A stretch of 64,000 bases of DNA from Candidatus Dojkabacteria bacterium (GCA_016927995.1 JAFGLO010000003.1:8791-72790), one strand, 5' to 3'; counted from the stretch's first letter, positions 28,009 to 38,459 are shown. Program-made: numbers and translations. Notes: generated from the letters alone by a model not told the origin.

Positions 28009-29400
28009 TTAGATATTTTTATAAATCTCAATAATCCCAAGATTATTACTTTGTTTGTTCTGATTTGAGATATTAAGAATTAAAACATTGGAGCCACTTT
28101 TTATCTGATAAATTTTTTCGGACTCAGAAACAACAAACTTCACAAATTCATCTCTGTCCGTCGGAACTTTACCGCCTTTTATTAAAACAGTATTAACACC
28201 CCGCACAAGCGACAGTTTCTGCATGACACTTTTGTCTTGAGTTAGTGCAATAATTGGAACCTCAGGTAGAAAACTGGATAAAAGCCTTGCTGTAAATCCG
28301 CTTTGGGTGTACACAATTATATAATTACAGTCAAGCCCTGCAGCTATCTCCAATGCAGCTCTTACGACCAACCGTTTGACACCAAAATCACCTTCATAAT
28401 TTGTTATTACACAACTGGCAAGGTCTTCCACCTCGATAGCTACATCCTGCATAACCGAAACGGCTTCTGCCGGATATTCACCAATCGAACTTTCGGCAGA
28501 AAGCATTACCGCATCGGCTCCATCTAATATTGCATTGGCAACATCACTAACCTCAGCCCTGGTTGGTCTTGGATTCTTTTTCATCGATTCAAGCATCTGC
28601 GTAGCAACAATTACCGGCTTACCGGCCTGCTTACACTTTCTAATTATTTTTTTCTGAATTAGCGGAACTCTATGTAACGGAATTTCAACTCCAAGATCAC
28701 CTCGTGCAATCATTATTGCGTCAGCTTCTTCGATAATCTCGTCAAGGTGGCTAAGTGACTCGGCTGTTTCAATCTTTGCAATAATGCCAATATTGGAGCC
28801 TTTTATAAGCCTTCTTATTGATTTAAGATCAGCCGCTGTTTGAACAAACGATGTGCCAATATAGTTATAATCAAGTTTTACTGCATTTTTTATATTTTCT
28901 TTATCTCTTTTGGTAAGCAAAGGAACCGAAAGCTTTGTATACGGTACATTAATAGTTTTTCCATCAGTAACGGTACCGGAGTTTAGTATCTTTATATGAA
29001 TAAGCCTATCTTTCATTTTTTGGACAATTCCCCTGATATTTCCATCGTCCACTAGAATATTCGTACCAACGCTAATATCTTTATGAAGGTTTGAATAAGT
29101 AACATAGGGATATGTTGTTTGGGTTGAATCCGTTGAAATGATTAGCTCACTATTCTTTTTAAGAGTAATTGGGAATTTTTCCTGGAGCTTTATTCTAATT
29201 TTGGGTCCTTCGGTATCAATATCCATGGCAATTTGAGGAGAAACAGAGTGAACCAAGGCTTTTATACGTTTTAGTTCGGCATAATCAGCAAATGCAGAGT
29301 TAAGCCTTGCAACCCGGAATCCGTTTCTATACATTTTTTTCAGTGTGGTAATATCCCAGGTGGAAGGACCTATCGTTGCTACAATTTTGGTTTTTATCAC
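28009..29400 (-). CDS. pyk: Pyruvate kinase
   Basis: TKIVATIGPS, IAKIE, ARGDLGVE, TQMLESM, PTRAE. Confidence 0.96.
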   Translation of the reverse strand: MIKTKIVATIGPSTWDITTLKKMYRNGFRVARLNSAFADYAELKRIKALVHSVSPQIAMDIDTEGPKIRIKLQEKFPITLKKNSELIISTDSTQTTYPYVTYSNLHKDISVGTNILVDDGNIRGIVQKMKDRLIHIKILNSGTVTDGKTINVPYTKLSVPLLTKRDKENIKNAVKLDYNYIGTSFVQTAADLKSIRRLIKGSNIGIIAKIETAESLSHLDEIIEEADAIMIARGDLGVEIPLHRVPLIQKKIIRKCKQAGKPVIVATQMLESMKKNPRPTRAEVSDVANAILDGADAVMLSAESSIGEYPAEAVSVMQDVAIEVEDLASCVITNYEGDFGVKRLVVRAALEIAAGLDCNYIIVYTQSGFTARLLSSFLPEVPIIALTQDKSVMQKLSLVRGVNTVLIKGGKVPTDRDEFVKFVVSESEKIYQIKSGSNVLILNISNQNKQSNNLGIIEIYKNI

Positions 29401-29501
29401 ATGAATTAATAATAAAGCTTAGATTTGATTTTTAATCATAATTAATCTTATCATATTTGGCAAACTATGATATACTCATTTAGCAAATTACATATTTAAA
29501 G

Positions 29502-29918
29502 TTGTTAATGGATCTTAAGAAGTTCCTAAAGCAGTTCATAGTAGCGTTTTTGTGCGTAAACACAGCAATTGCTCTATCGTCTGCTGCAAGATTTCCGGCA
29601 GATCTTGTATATTATCTGTTGGTTATAAGTGTTATCTCGATAATTATTACATTCACAGGAAATTTAATAAAATTCTTTACAATCCCCGAAAATTCGGGAA
29701 CTCGCCTGGTTGCCGGCACATTGCTAGTAATCATTGGAGTCTTAATCTCCGGATACATTGCAAACAATGTTGGATTCTCGGTATCAACGTTCGAATCACT
29801 TGATTTAGGATTATTTGTTCTCAAAAAGTTTACGATAAGTGAAACCGCAGCCATGATAATCTTTAGCGTTTTAACGGCTGCCTTAGTTGAAATATTTTAT
29901 GCAATAGACAAAAAATGA
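29502..29918 (+). CDS. Four-TM membrane protein (phage-holin/YvlD-like)
   Basis: Four hydrophobic segments, LIKFFTIP motif; upstream of secG. Confidence 0.5.
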   Translation: MLMDLKKFLKQFIVAFLCVNTAIALSSAARFPADLVYYLLVISVISIIITFTGNLIKFFTIPENSGTRLVAGTLLVIIGVLISGYIANNVGFSVSTFESLDLGLFVLKKFTISETAAMIIFSVLTAALVEIFYAIDKK

Positions 29919-30133
29919 ATGAAACAATCTTGAGGGTATCACACCTTATAACAACATTACTCATGGTTTTTTTGATCCTTCTACAAAATAGAACAGATAG
30001 CGGTAGCGGATTTTTGTCAGGTGGAGGGGAAACATTTAAAACACGTAGAGGAGTTGAAAAGACTGTATTTGTCATAACAATCCTGATTAGCCTTGCCTTT
30101 GTTGTACTCACTATATTGCTTTTAAAGCTTTAA
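29915..30133 (+). CDS. secG: Preprotein translocase subunit SecG
   Basis: ILLQ...GSG...TRRGVEK, two TMs. Confidence 0.88.
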   Translation: MNETILRVSHLITTLLMVFLILLQNRTDSGSGFLSGGGETFKTRRGVEKTVFVITILISLAFVVLTILLLKL

Positions 30134-30138
30134 CACCT

Positions 30139-31833
30139 ATGTCACAAAAATTTTCAGGAAGATTCTTTAAACTCCTTCTGGCGATAAGAGATCACCTTTG
30201 GAACTACCCGGAAACGATTATAAAAGCATTCAAGATTATTTCCCCATTTGGGTACATCGGAGTTTTAACAATTTTACTATACCCTATTATTTCAACGGTC
30301 ATACCGACCTCTAAAAATCCCCTAAAGCCCGACGTTACAGAAATATATGAGGCTTATATTGGTACAATATCAACGATTAACCCCCTATTCGAAACTAACA
30401 ACCAAATTGAAAAGGATATAATAAGTCTTGTTTACTCACCTCTTTTTGTAATGGATGCTGAAGGAAAGCTAACATACAAACTTGCCAAAAGTTACTCGGT
30501 AGACGAAAGTGGAAAAAATTACACATTTTATCTTAGACAAGATGTACTCTGGCATGACGGTAATATCTTTTCTGCAGACGACGTGGTCTATACATTTACA
30601 ATGGCCGAACGAATAAAGACACAGAATATCTCGGTTAGAAAGGTCGATGATTTCACCGTAATGTTTAGTTTACCTCAACCAAGTCCAATTTTTTTGGAAA
30701 CAATAATACTTGGAATAATGCCTAAACACATTTGGGGCAACATAGAAGAAGGTCACATCCCATTCTTCTTTAGGAATCAAGAGCCTATTGGAACCGGACC
30801 GTACAAGTTGACATCTTTTAGCGAGCAACAAATTGTTTTAGATAAAAATCCTGATTATTTCGGATGTATCCCATCAATTGATCGCATTAACATTATGATG
30901 TTTCCAAATGAGACCGAATTAATAGAAGAACTACAAAGCTTAAAAGTAACTTCGGTACTAAATCCTCCAATAACGCTTCAACCGGTACTATCACAATATG
31001 GTCTCATTAAATACTCAAAGCCAATCAAAAGAAATACAAAAGTTCTTTTCCTAAACACCAGAGAAGTAAAGTTTTCGGGTGAAAGTCAGGTCAGTAATAT
31101 ACTACACGATAGCAACATAAGACGTGCAATAGCAATGGCAATAAACAGGGAGGAATTACTTACTGACATTAGTGTTGACGGTGATCCGACAATTACACCA
31201 TTCGATGAAAATTCATGGGCATTCGACCCACTCCAAAACTATAATATCTATAATCCACAATCTAGCGGCAGTCTTTTAGATGCTGTTTCCTGGGAGGTTA
31301 ACCCCGAAACCGGTATAAGGGAGAAAAATGGTCAAAAACTCAGTCTTTCAATAACCTATCTTGACAATCCGCAAAATGAGTCGATTGCAGCTTTTTTACA
31401 GGAAAGTCTGCTAAAAGTTGGAATCGAACTTCTCCTGGATCCACGTGATTATAGCTCGCTTACTCAAGAAATTATTCCCCTACGTAGTTTTGATCTACTA
31501 CTCTTTGAAATAGAAACCGGTTTAGACCCAGACTGTTATGCCTGGTACTATGGAGGAAATGTAGAGCATCCTAACCTCAATCTGTCGGGATATTCATTAC
31601 AAAATGTAGATAGAATCCTGGAGGAAGCAAGAACAACTATTGACAAAACTGAGCGTCAAGGGCTATACCATAGATTCTTGATTTACTACAACCTAGATAT
31701 TCCAATAATATATTTATATCATCCTGCACTTGAGTACTATGTAAGCTCAACTGTATCCAATATTGATTTGTCTAACGTGACCCTAGCAGAGGATAGATTT
31801 TTGGGTATTTGTAACTGGGAAGCCAGCAAGTAA
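30139..31833 (+). CDS. Family 5 (peptide/nickel) ABC substrate-binding protein, TM-anchored
   Basis: LAKSY...YTFYLRQDVLWHDG..FSADDVVYT, PIGTGPYKL, IRRAIAMAINR. Confidence 0.9.
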   Translation: MSQKFSGRFFKLLLAIRDHLWNYPETIIKAFKIISPFGYIGVLTILLYPIISTVIPTSKNPLKPDVTEIYEAYIGTISTINPLFETNNQIEKDIISLVYSPLFVMDAEGKLTYKLAKSYSVDESGKNYTFYLRQDVLWHDGNIFSADDVVYTFTMAERIKTQNISVRKVDDFTVMFSLPQPSPIFLETIILGIMPKHIWGNIEEGHIPFFFRNQEPIGTGPYKLTSFSEQQIVLDKNPDYFGCIPSIDRINIMMFPNETELIEELQSLKVTSVLNPPITLQPVLSQYGLIKYSKPIKRNTKVLFLNTREVKFSGESQVSNILHDSNIRRAIAMAINREELLTDISVDGDPTITPFDENSWAFDPLQNYNIYNPQSSGSLLDAVSWEVNPETGIREKNGQKLSLSITYLDNPQNESIAAFLQESLLKVGIELLLDPRDYSSLTQEIIPLRSFDLLLFEIETGLDPDCYAWYYGGNVEHPNLNLSGYSLQNVDRILEEARTTIDKTERQGLYHRFLIYYNLDIPIIYLYHPALEYYVSSTVSNIDLSNVTLAEDRFLGICNWEASK

Positions 31834-31835
31834 GT

Positions 31836-32019
31836 CACTTCTCTCATAGGTATCTTCCGGATTACTGTTTCACTACTTATCCCAACACGGTCATCTGTTG
31901 CCCAGTATGTTCTCAGAGAACCCCTTGCTTGTTTTGCTTTCTTGTTAAGGTGAATCTCTGCTCACATACCGGTCTTCCAGAGTTTTACTTTACTATTTCA
32001 CTACTTCACTATTTCACTG
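31836..32019. repeat. Second locus of the hairpin/8-mer element: half unit, covarying full hairpin (31894-31981) and 8-mer array
   Basis: 31836-31878 is the exact 43-bp reverse complement of 8502-8544; (TTCACTAY)n array at about 31985-32019. Confidence 0.92.
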
Positions 32020-32025
32020 TATAAT
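31997..32025 (+). promoter_or_regulatory. Promoter for tRNA-Leu: TTCACT-17-TATAAT
   Basis: Perfect -10 at 32020-32025, 8 nt before the tRNA; -35 candidate lies in the 8-mer array. Confidence 0.55.
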
Positions 32026-32033
32026 TAGTTACT

Positions 32034-32119
32034 GCCGGGGTGGTGAAATTGGTAGACACGTACGCTTCAGAAGCGTATGTCCTTTATCGGACGTGCAGGT
32101 TCGATTCCTGTTCCCGGCA
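32034..32119 (+). tRNA. tRNA-Leu (CAG)
   Basis: GCCGGGG/TCCCGGC acceptor, TACGC-ttCAGaa-GCGTA anticodon arm, long variable arm, GTTCGATTC. Confidence 0.95.
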
Positions 32120-32142
32120 TTTTATAAATATCCACAAAAATC

Positions 32143-32664
32143 ATGCTTCGAAAGGATTCTGTTTATATACTTAAATGTCGAAGAATAAAGGAGAACACTC
32201 TTCTTGTTACTGTTTTTAGTAGGATTTACGGAAGATATTCATTTATTACTCAAAAGGGGAAGGATCTTTCTACGTCCGAAGCTATTCAGCCTTTTAATCT
32301 TTGCATGCTTCAGCTTTATCAGGCAAGAGGACTTCCTATTCTTAAAGAACTATCAGTTGAAGAGGAGTTCAGTCCTAAGTCCAATTTGACAAATCAGCTT
32401 GCGGCACTATATATTATCTCGGTGCTGGCTCAGATAACACCTGAAGATCTTCCGCTTCCGGAAAGTTTTGATGCCGTTACCAAAATAATTAAAAAACTTG
32501 AATCGATAAGTCTCAAAAAAACCGATATACAAACGGTAAAGGATTTCTTCTTGAAAGTTCTTCTAAATGAACTCGGTGTGGAGGGAGATAGAGATCTACA
32601 CGAAAAAGCAGAGGCTTATTTTCAAAAACAACTCTGGAAACTTAATATGGAAAATCTTGAATAA
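32143..32664 (+). CDS. recO: RecO-like DNA repair protein, short
   Basis: N-terminal OB-like pattern YILKCRRIKENTLLVTVFSRIYGR...QPFN; no zinc finger. Confidence 0.65.
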   Translation: MLRKDSVYILKCRRIKENTLLVTVFSRIYGRYSFITQKGKDLSTSEAIQPFNLCMLQLYQARGLPILKELSVEEEFSPKSNLTNQLAALYIISVLAQITPEDLPLPESFDAVTKIIKKLESISLKKTDIQTVKDFFLKVLLNELGVEGDRDLHEKAEAYFQKQLWKLNMENLE

Positions 32665-33660
32665 ATGAATATACTTGGAATTGAAACCAGCTGTGATGAG
32701 ACTTCTGTTGCTATAGTAAGTAACGGAAAAGATGTCCTAAGTTCGGTAACAAATAGCCAGCAGGCGATTCATGAAAAGTATGGTGGTGTTATTCCCGAGC
32801 TTGGTGCCAGAAAACATATTGAAAATATTGGCGTAGTATACAAAGAGGCTCTTGACATTGCCAGACTTGGTTTAAATGATATTGCAGCAATTGCTGTAAC
32901 AACTTCTCCCGGTTTATCTCCTGCATTAAAGACCGGAATCGCATTTGCAATGGGTTTAAGTCAGTATGGACTACCTCTTATAAAGGTAAACCATGTAATT
33001 GCACACGCCTACTCACTTTTCCTAAGTCAGGCTTATCCCAACCCTGATTATCCAATAATCACTTTAATTGTTTCGGGTGGACATACTCAGCTTGTCCGAT
33101 TTGACTCGCCCATCGAATTTGAAATTCTTGGTTCCACAATCGATGATGCGGCAGGAGAGTGTTTTGATAAAGTTGCCAGAATGCTAAATCTTCCCTATCC
33201 CGGCGGGCCGGTAATTGACAAAATATCAAGCCTTGGGGACGAAAAAGCAATTTCTTTTCCAAGACCAATGATTGAATCAAATAATTTTGACTTCAGTTTC
33301 TCGGGACTTAAGACCGCGGTTTTGTACCACATAAGAGACACAAAACTCACACCTTCCCTAGAAGAATCCAACGATCCGCAAAAAGAAATTAGCCGACTCA
33401 CGACCTATGATATTGCGGCCTCTTTTCAGGAAGCCGTAGTTGATGTACTTGTCGATAAAACTGTAAGACTCGCGATAAAAGAATCCGTTAGAAACATAGG
33501 AATCGCAGGTGGTGTATCGGCAAACAGTCGGCTCCGTGAAAAAATGATAAGACGTGCAAACGAACACAACCTTGACCTGTTCTATCCCGAGCTTAATTAC
33601 TGTACAGATAATGCAGCAATGGTTGCCGGACTCGGATACCATATGCTAAAGCAGGATTAA
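32665..33660 (+). CDS. tsaD: tRNA N6-threonylcarbamoyltransferase TsaD
   Basis: LGIETSCDET, HVIAH, VSGGHT, DDAAGECFDK, FSFSGLKT, CTDNAAM. Confidence 0.97.
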   Translation: MNILGIETSCDETSVAIVSNGKDVLSSVTNSQQAIHEKYGGVIPELGARKHIENIGVVYKEALDIARLGLNDIAAIAVTTSPGLSPALKTGIAFAMGLSQYGLPLIKVNHVIAHAYSLFLSQAYPNPDYPIITLIVSGGHTQLVRFDSPIEFEILGSTIDDAAGECFDKVARMLNLPYPGGPVIDKISSLGDEKAISFPRPMIESNNFDFSFSGLKTAVLYHIRDTKLTPSLEESNDPQKEISRLTTYDIAASFQEAVVDVLVDKTVRLAIKESVRNIGIAGGVSANSRLREKMIRRANEHNLDLFYPELNYCTDNAAMVAGLGYHMLKQD

Positions 33661-33929
33661 TCTGCTTCGGTAAACTTGTCGGAATCGTCATTTCCACACT
33701 TCGGACATTTTTTTAACGGATGGTTCCCTTCGTATAAAAAACCACAAACCAAACATTTGTATCTGCGCCACCTTAACTCAAGCTCCTCTTCCGAAGTCAC
33801 GCCCACCTTTGGGTGGGAAGAATCATCTGCAGGAATATCTATTTTCGGTTGCATATCAGCCGCTGTATTAGGCTGTGCACTACCCTGCGGTGCATTATTC
33901 TGAAAAGTCGGTGTCTGTTGTTGATCCAT
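33657..33929 (-). CDS. Small rubredoxin-like zinc-ribbon protein with disordered N-terminus
   Basis: YKCLVCGFLYEG...CPKCG. Confidence 0.7.
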   Translation of the reverse strand: MDQQQTPTFQNNAPQGSAQPNTAADMQPKIDIPADDSSHPKVGVTSEEELELRWRRYKCLVCGFLYEGNHPLKKCPKCGNDDSDKFTEAD

Positions 33930-36066
33930 CTTTAAGTGCTTCAATTTGAGTTAAGGCAGTTGTAAGCTCATCTTTAAGTTTTTGAGCCTCATCTGCAGTG
34001 ATTGTTCCTTCCGCATTCATGGTATCAATTGATTCCATAAGCTTATTTACAATCTCAGTAGCCTTGTCAAAATCTCCCATTGATAAATAGATCCGGGCTA
34101 TTCTTAAATCAATGTCGTAAGACAGTACGGGAAATGTTGATTTAAGGTCGGTATATAATGTGTATGCCTCTTGATAATTTCCTATTGAAGAATAAAAATC
34201 GGCAAGAGTTATCCTAAGATTAATATTAATCGGATTTAATGACAAACTTTGATTGTATGCATTAATTGCTCCCGTTGAATAAGGATCGTTTTCAGAAAGA
34301 AGGTTCAGTTGTGCAAAAACATTCCCGCGAAATTCCCAGGCTTCATAATTTAATGGATATTTTTCGACCATACGTTCAGTTCCTTCTATTAGCTCTTCCA
34401 CAATTACTGCAATCGATGTACTCTCAGGATCATCGGAAATCAGCTTCACAAGGTCTTCGAAAAGGAATGTATTCCTTACTGTGTAGTATTTTAATTCATC
34501 AACCGTTGTAAGTGCTTTGTTAATGTTTGAGTAAGTCTTGGTTTGGTCCACTTCATACTGTTCTACTGTTTTGATATATAAACTCTCAGCCCAAAGTCTT
34601 CGAGCATATAAAGATCCGAAATAAAGCAGACAAATAAGTCCTAAAATTCCGACAGCAAACTCAATTGCTCCGCTAAACTTTTGTTTATTAGTTACACCTT
34701 CATCGAGTGACATTGATAACTTGAGCGTTAATGTCTTTTCTTTTCCGGGATTCACAATATAATAAGCACTAAACGTAACCCCTAAAACAATTACCAGAAG
34801 TAAGGCATATTGAATAGGCGCCGGAATTATAAGCAGTCCCAATAGCATTATTAATGATGCTATCGTTAACCCACCGGTTAAGTTGCTAAACGGATCGGTT
34901 CCTTGTTGAGATTTATCAAATATAATTTGTTTAATAATAAATCCAATGACAATTAGGAAGGCTATAAATCCGAATATTCCAAAAGACACAAGGAGTGTGT
35001 TTATCAAAGGTCCAACCCAGACAAATCCCATCTCTGGAATCATATTATCCATAAACATGGTTAAATCTCGATATCGCATAAAAACAATGCTATCAATTCC
35101 GGGTCCAACACCGGTAAATAGCGTTTGAATATTTGCTGAAACTGCGTCGACTGTTAAGTCCCATGCATATTTTATTGGCATGGCACTTATTCCAAAGTTA
35201 GCAAGAGTTTCGAATTTGTCTTTTATACTGTTAAAATAAAATGCAAGCCCCAGAGAAACCAGAATGGTGGATATAAATATAAATAATGATTTTCCCTTGG
35301 AGAATACATCTTTAAATTTGGTCAACCACAAAATGACCAAAACACATACAACTATTAGTGTCACAGCTATTCCAAATGGAGTAAATAGTCCAAATGACAG
35401 GTCGTAAACATTTAAAAGTAGAAAAGTTGAAAATCCGGTTGTAAAAGTCAGAATCGGGGTCAAAAACAGAAGATAGGTTTTATTGAAAGACTCCTGTGCC
35501 ACAAAGTAAATTCCACCAATAGAAACAGCCAATAAAAGGTATGCAAACGGCACAATATATGAAGTCGGAACAAAACCTCCGCCGAAAAAGCTGTTTGCAA
35601 GATCAATTCGTCCGAGAAGTTGAAATAATTGTACAACTGCAGCTACAAATAATGCAATACAGAAAATTCCTACCCAAAGAAAAATGTCACGCTTGGATAA
35701 CTGAGCATTTATTATTACCATAAATAGAAGCCCTAAAAGAACAAGCGTTAAAATTCCCACTGTTGGATACTCCATTGATGCAAGAAAATTTTTATACCCC
35801 GGATGAAAAAATATAGTAACAAAAAGAACAACTATAAATCCGACATATGCCCACATTGCGTCCACATATTTCAAGGTAAACATCCCGTTCTTCTTTGAAA
35901 AGATCAGAAACCATACTCCAAGAACAAGACATATGAATACTGTCATTAAAAGCAATGAAATGTTGTTTACTTGAAAATATATAGGATATATTCCGATTAT
36001 TACGGCAACACTTAGAAGAGCCAGGGTCATTATTCCCAGTCTTTTACCAAGAGGATAATTGGACAT
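33895..36066 (-). CDS. O-antigen ligase/oligosaccharyltransferase-like polytopic protein with C-terminal TPRs
   Basis: About 12-13 TMs, LFTGVGPG loop motif, TPR-like C-terminus (AYNQSLSLNP). Confidence 0.65.
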   Translation of the reverse strand: MSNYPLGKRLGIMTLALLSVAVIIGIYPIYFQVNNISLLLMTVFICLVLGVWFLIFSKKNGMFTLKYVDAMWAYVGFIVVLFVTIFFHPGYKNFLASMEYPTVGILTLVLLGLLFMVIINAQLSKRDIFLWVGIFCIALFVAAVVQLFQLLGRIDLANSFFGGGFVPTSYIVPFAYLLLAVSIGGIYFVAQESFNKTYLLFLTPILTFTTGFSTFLLLNVYDLSFGLFTPFGIAVTLIVVCVLVILWLTKFKDVFSKGKSLFIFISTILVSLGLAFYFNSIKDKFETLANFGISAMPIKYAWDLTVDAVSANIQTLFTGVGPGIDSIVFMRYRDLTMFMDNMIPEMGFVWVGPLINTLLVSFGIFGFIAFLIVIGFIIKQIIFDKSQQGTDPFSNLTGGLTIASLIMLLGLLIIPAPIQYALLLVIVLGVTFSAYYIVNPGKEKTLTLKLSMSLDEGVTNKQKFSGAIEFAVGILGLICLLYFGSLYARRLWAESLYIKTVEQYEVDQTKTYSNINKALTTVDELKYYTVRNTFLFEDLVKLISDDPESTSIAVIVEELIEGTERMVEKYPLNYEAWEFRGNVFAQLNLLSENDPYSTGAINAYNQSLSLNPININLRITLADFYSSIGNYQEAYTLYTDLKSTFPVLSYDIDLRIARIYLSMGDFDKATEIVNKLMESIDTMNAEGTITADEAQKLKDELTTALTQIEALKDGSTTDTDFSE

Positions 36067-36083
36067 TGCAGACAGATTTGAAT

Positions 36084-38402
36084 TTATTTTTCTGAAACCA
36101 GGATACGCGTATTAACAATTTTTTCACGTTTTGACTGATTCTGTATAAGTATACCATTTTCATTATTTGGTGCAACAATTTCATGATATACGCTATTTAC
36201 CGTAAGCTTATACCTACCCTTTTTTACCCAAAACAAAAATGTACCAAAATCATCCGTTACTCGCCTATCAATTACCTGGGAAAATTCCAAGTCGACAAGG
36301 TCTATAGTTATACCCGGAACCGGAGTACCATCTGCTAAAACAACCTTTCCCTTTCGAGTAGATGAAGGCGTAGTCAGTTCTAAAAGCTTAAGCAACAAAA
36401 AGAACACACTTATTCCAAATAAAACATAGTTATACCAGGCTGGACTTAATACAAGAACAATTCCCGAAAAGATAAAGCTTGCAATCACAATTAGTGTGTT
36501 AAATCTTGTAAAAAAGTTGTTTAGACCTATCGAAAGCTTTCGCACAAATCGACTTTGGATTTTATATTGAATAGGGTCAAGTGGAATACTAACCGCAGAA
36601 TCATATTTTTCAAATTGCTTGTAGGCAGAATGCGTATACACGTTGGTATATGGAAAGTCATTTTCGACCAGCACAATATCCGAAGGAAAAGTATAGCCCT
36701 TTAAACTTGCATGTAACTGGATCGGCTCGTCAACTTTTTTAAAATAAAATGTACCCCTGAAATCGGTAACTGCAGTTCTTAAAAGCTTGTGGTCTTTATT
36801 AAACACACGAATCACAACCCGAGCTAATGGCTCCTTTGTCAATGAATTGTATACAACACCCTGCTTAAGAGGTAATTTTGTAAACCCGATAAGGTTAAAT
36901 AGGTTTAAAATTAACTGGAAGAAATAAGGAACATTTAAAACCTGCCACCAGAGGTATACGTTTACTGCCGCTAAAGCATAGGCACCTGCAGCAGTTACGT
37001 TCTTTGCAACTTCGGGTACAGACTTAATAAATACCTGGGTACGCTCAAAGAGATCCACAAGAAATTCAATCTGTGTCTCGAAAAAGCCTTTTACCGGTTC
37101 AATTATCGGTGCCTCCCTTTGTATTTCCAAAACCCTCTGATTCGATTCCCCTTCCGGACCTGTAATCGTTGTATATTGAATCTTAAAGACATATACTCCG
37201 TACCAAAGTTCCTGATTAGACCCCCAGATTTCATTAAGATTGTAGACATTTTGTGCACCGGAGATTAACCCCCAAGACTCAAACGGACCTCCATCTTTAC
37301 TTACAAGTAATATAGCCTCGGTTATCCCATCCCATAAGGCGTCTACACTTATCGTTATTAGCCCATTATTATTGTATGTAGCACTTTCAAGATATATATA
37401 TACGTCTTCATACACCTGAGTACTGCTAACAATATTTGACCATGTAGTTTCGTTTTCATAGGGTCCCTTACATTTAGCTCTGTAAAAATATTTCTGACCT
37501 ATGGACAAGTCTTCAAATGTATAAAACTCGGTTAGGATATACCCTGAATTTGATAATACTTCGGAAAAGTCGTGGAAAACCGAAATTTCCAGATAGTAGG
37601 AAGCACACCCTAACCCAGGATTTATGTAAATTGTATTTTGATTACCTATTGTAAATTCAGGCTCTTCCTGGAGAGTCGGCGAACTTATTGGATAAACCTG
37701 CAAACTATTTACAATATTCGACCAATTACTTTCATAATTAAACTCGTTTCTGCACATGACCCGATAGTAATACATTGTATCGACAGCAAGTCCCGAAAAT
37801 GTATAGCTAGTGCTCGAAACAAATCCCGACTCGGCAACTATATCGGAAAAGGATAAATCCCTTGAGGCCTGCGCAAGATAATTATGACACCCCGTACCGG
37901 CGGACCAGTAAACCGTATTTGAGGAACCTACCGTTTCTGCAGGCTCGGGTTGCATTATGGGTGCAACCATCTGGCCTACTGTAAAACTATCGGTGTAAGT
38001 AAGTGTAAAGGAATAGGGTGAGGTTACATCGATACTAACGTCATACGTTCCGGGGTTCGTACAGCTTATGTATCCGGTTGCAATCCCGTTTATGTCCGTT
38101 GGAGACATTGGCTGAGTAACATCGCAAGAAGAGATCGGATCAACATTTATATAAACATAAAATCCCGGTACGGGCACATAGCTTAATCCTCGAAGATAGA
38201 TTGTTACGGCAACAGGTTCTGCCTGCTCTGCAATTGAAGGATTCAGGGTAAAGTATGAATTATCCCTGTAATAGTTTATGTATTCACTATATACGGTTGC
38301 ATTTATTTCAACGTCTGTCTGAGCAAAGATCGGATAAACTCCCATGAAAAACCAGGCTAACGTTGCGAGTACGAATATGTATAGTATGCTTGAAGTTTTC
38401 AT
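36084..38402 (-). CDS. Surface protein with Ig/FN3 domains, TM segments and two carboxypeptidase-regulatory-like domains
   Basis: Two FN3-like repeats (YYYRV...SNWSNIV; YFYRA...TTWSNIV); GVVYNS...TDFRG and GKVV...TDDFG. Confidence 0.7.
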   Translation of the reverse strand: MKTSSILYIFVLATLAWFFMGVYPIFAQTDVEINATVYSEYINYYRDNSYFTLNPSIAEQAEPVAVTIYLRGLSYVPVPGFYVYINVDPISSCDVTQPMSPTDINGIATGYISCTNPGTYDVSIDVTSPYSFTLTYTDSFTVGQMVAPIMQPEPAETVGSSNTVYWSAGTGCHNYLAQASRDLSFSDIVAESGFVSSTSYTFSGLAVDTMYYYRVMCRNEFNYESNWSNIVNSLQVYPISSPTLQEEPEFTIGNQNTIYINPGLGCASYYLEISVFHDFSEVLSNSGYILTEFYTFEDLSIGQKYFYRAKCKGPYENETTWSNIVSSTQVYEDVYIYLESATYNNNGLITISVDALWDGITEAILLVSKDGGPFESWGLISGAQNVYNLNEIWGSNQELWYGVYVFKIQYTTITGPEGESNQRVLEIQREAPIIEPVKGFFETQIEFLVDLFERTQVFIKSVPEVAKNVTAAGAYALAAVNVYLWWQVLNVPYFFQLILNLFNLIGFTKLPLKQGVVYNSLTKEPLARVVIRVFNKDHKLLRTAVTDFRGTFYFKKVDEPIQLHASLKGYTFPSDIVLVENDFPYTNVYTHSAYKQFEKYDSAVSIPLDPIQYKIQSRFVRKLSIGLNNFFTRFNTLIVIASFIFSGIVLVLSPAWYNYVLFGISVFFLLLKLLELTTPSSTRKGKVVLADGTPVPGITIDLVDLEFSQVIDRRVTDDFGTFLFWVKKGRYKLTVNSVYHEIVAPNNENGILIQNQSKREKIVNTRILVSEK

Positions 38403-38459
38403 TAAAGAATATTAAACTCTCGTAGTGTTCCAGTATATGTTAAATCCTAATAAATAACA

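Noticed and set aside
31894-31981. Integron attC interpretation of the hairpins
   Set aside because: The purine-rich bottom strand and post-gene position fit, but RYYYAAC/GTTRRRY boxes are not conserved at the stem base, the flanking genes include core genes, and no integrase is present
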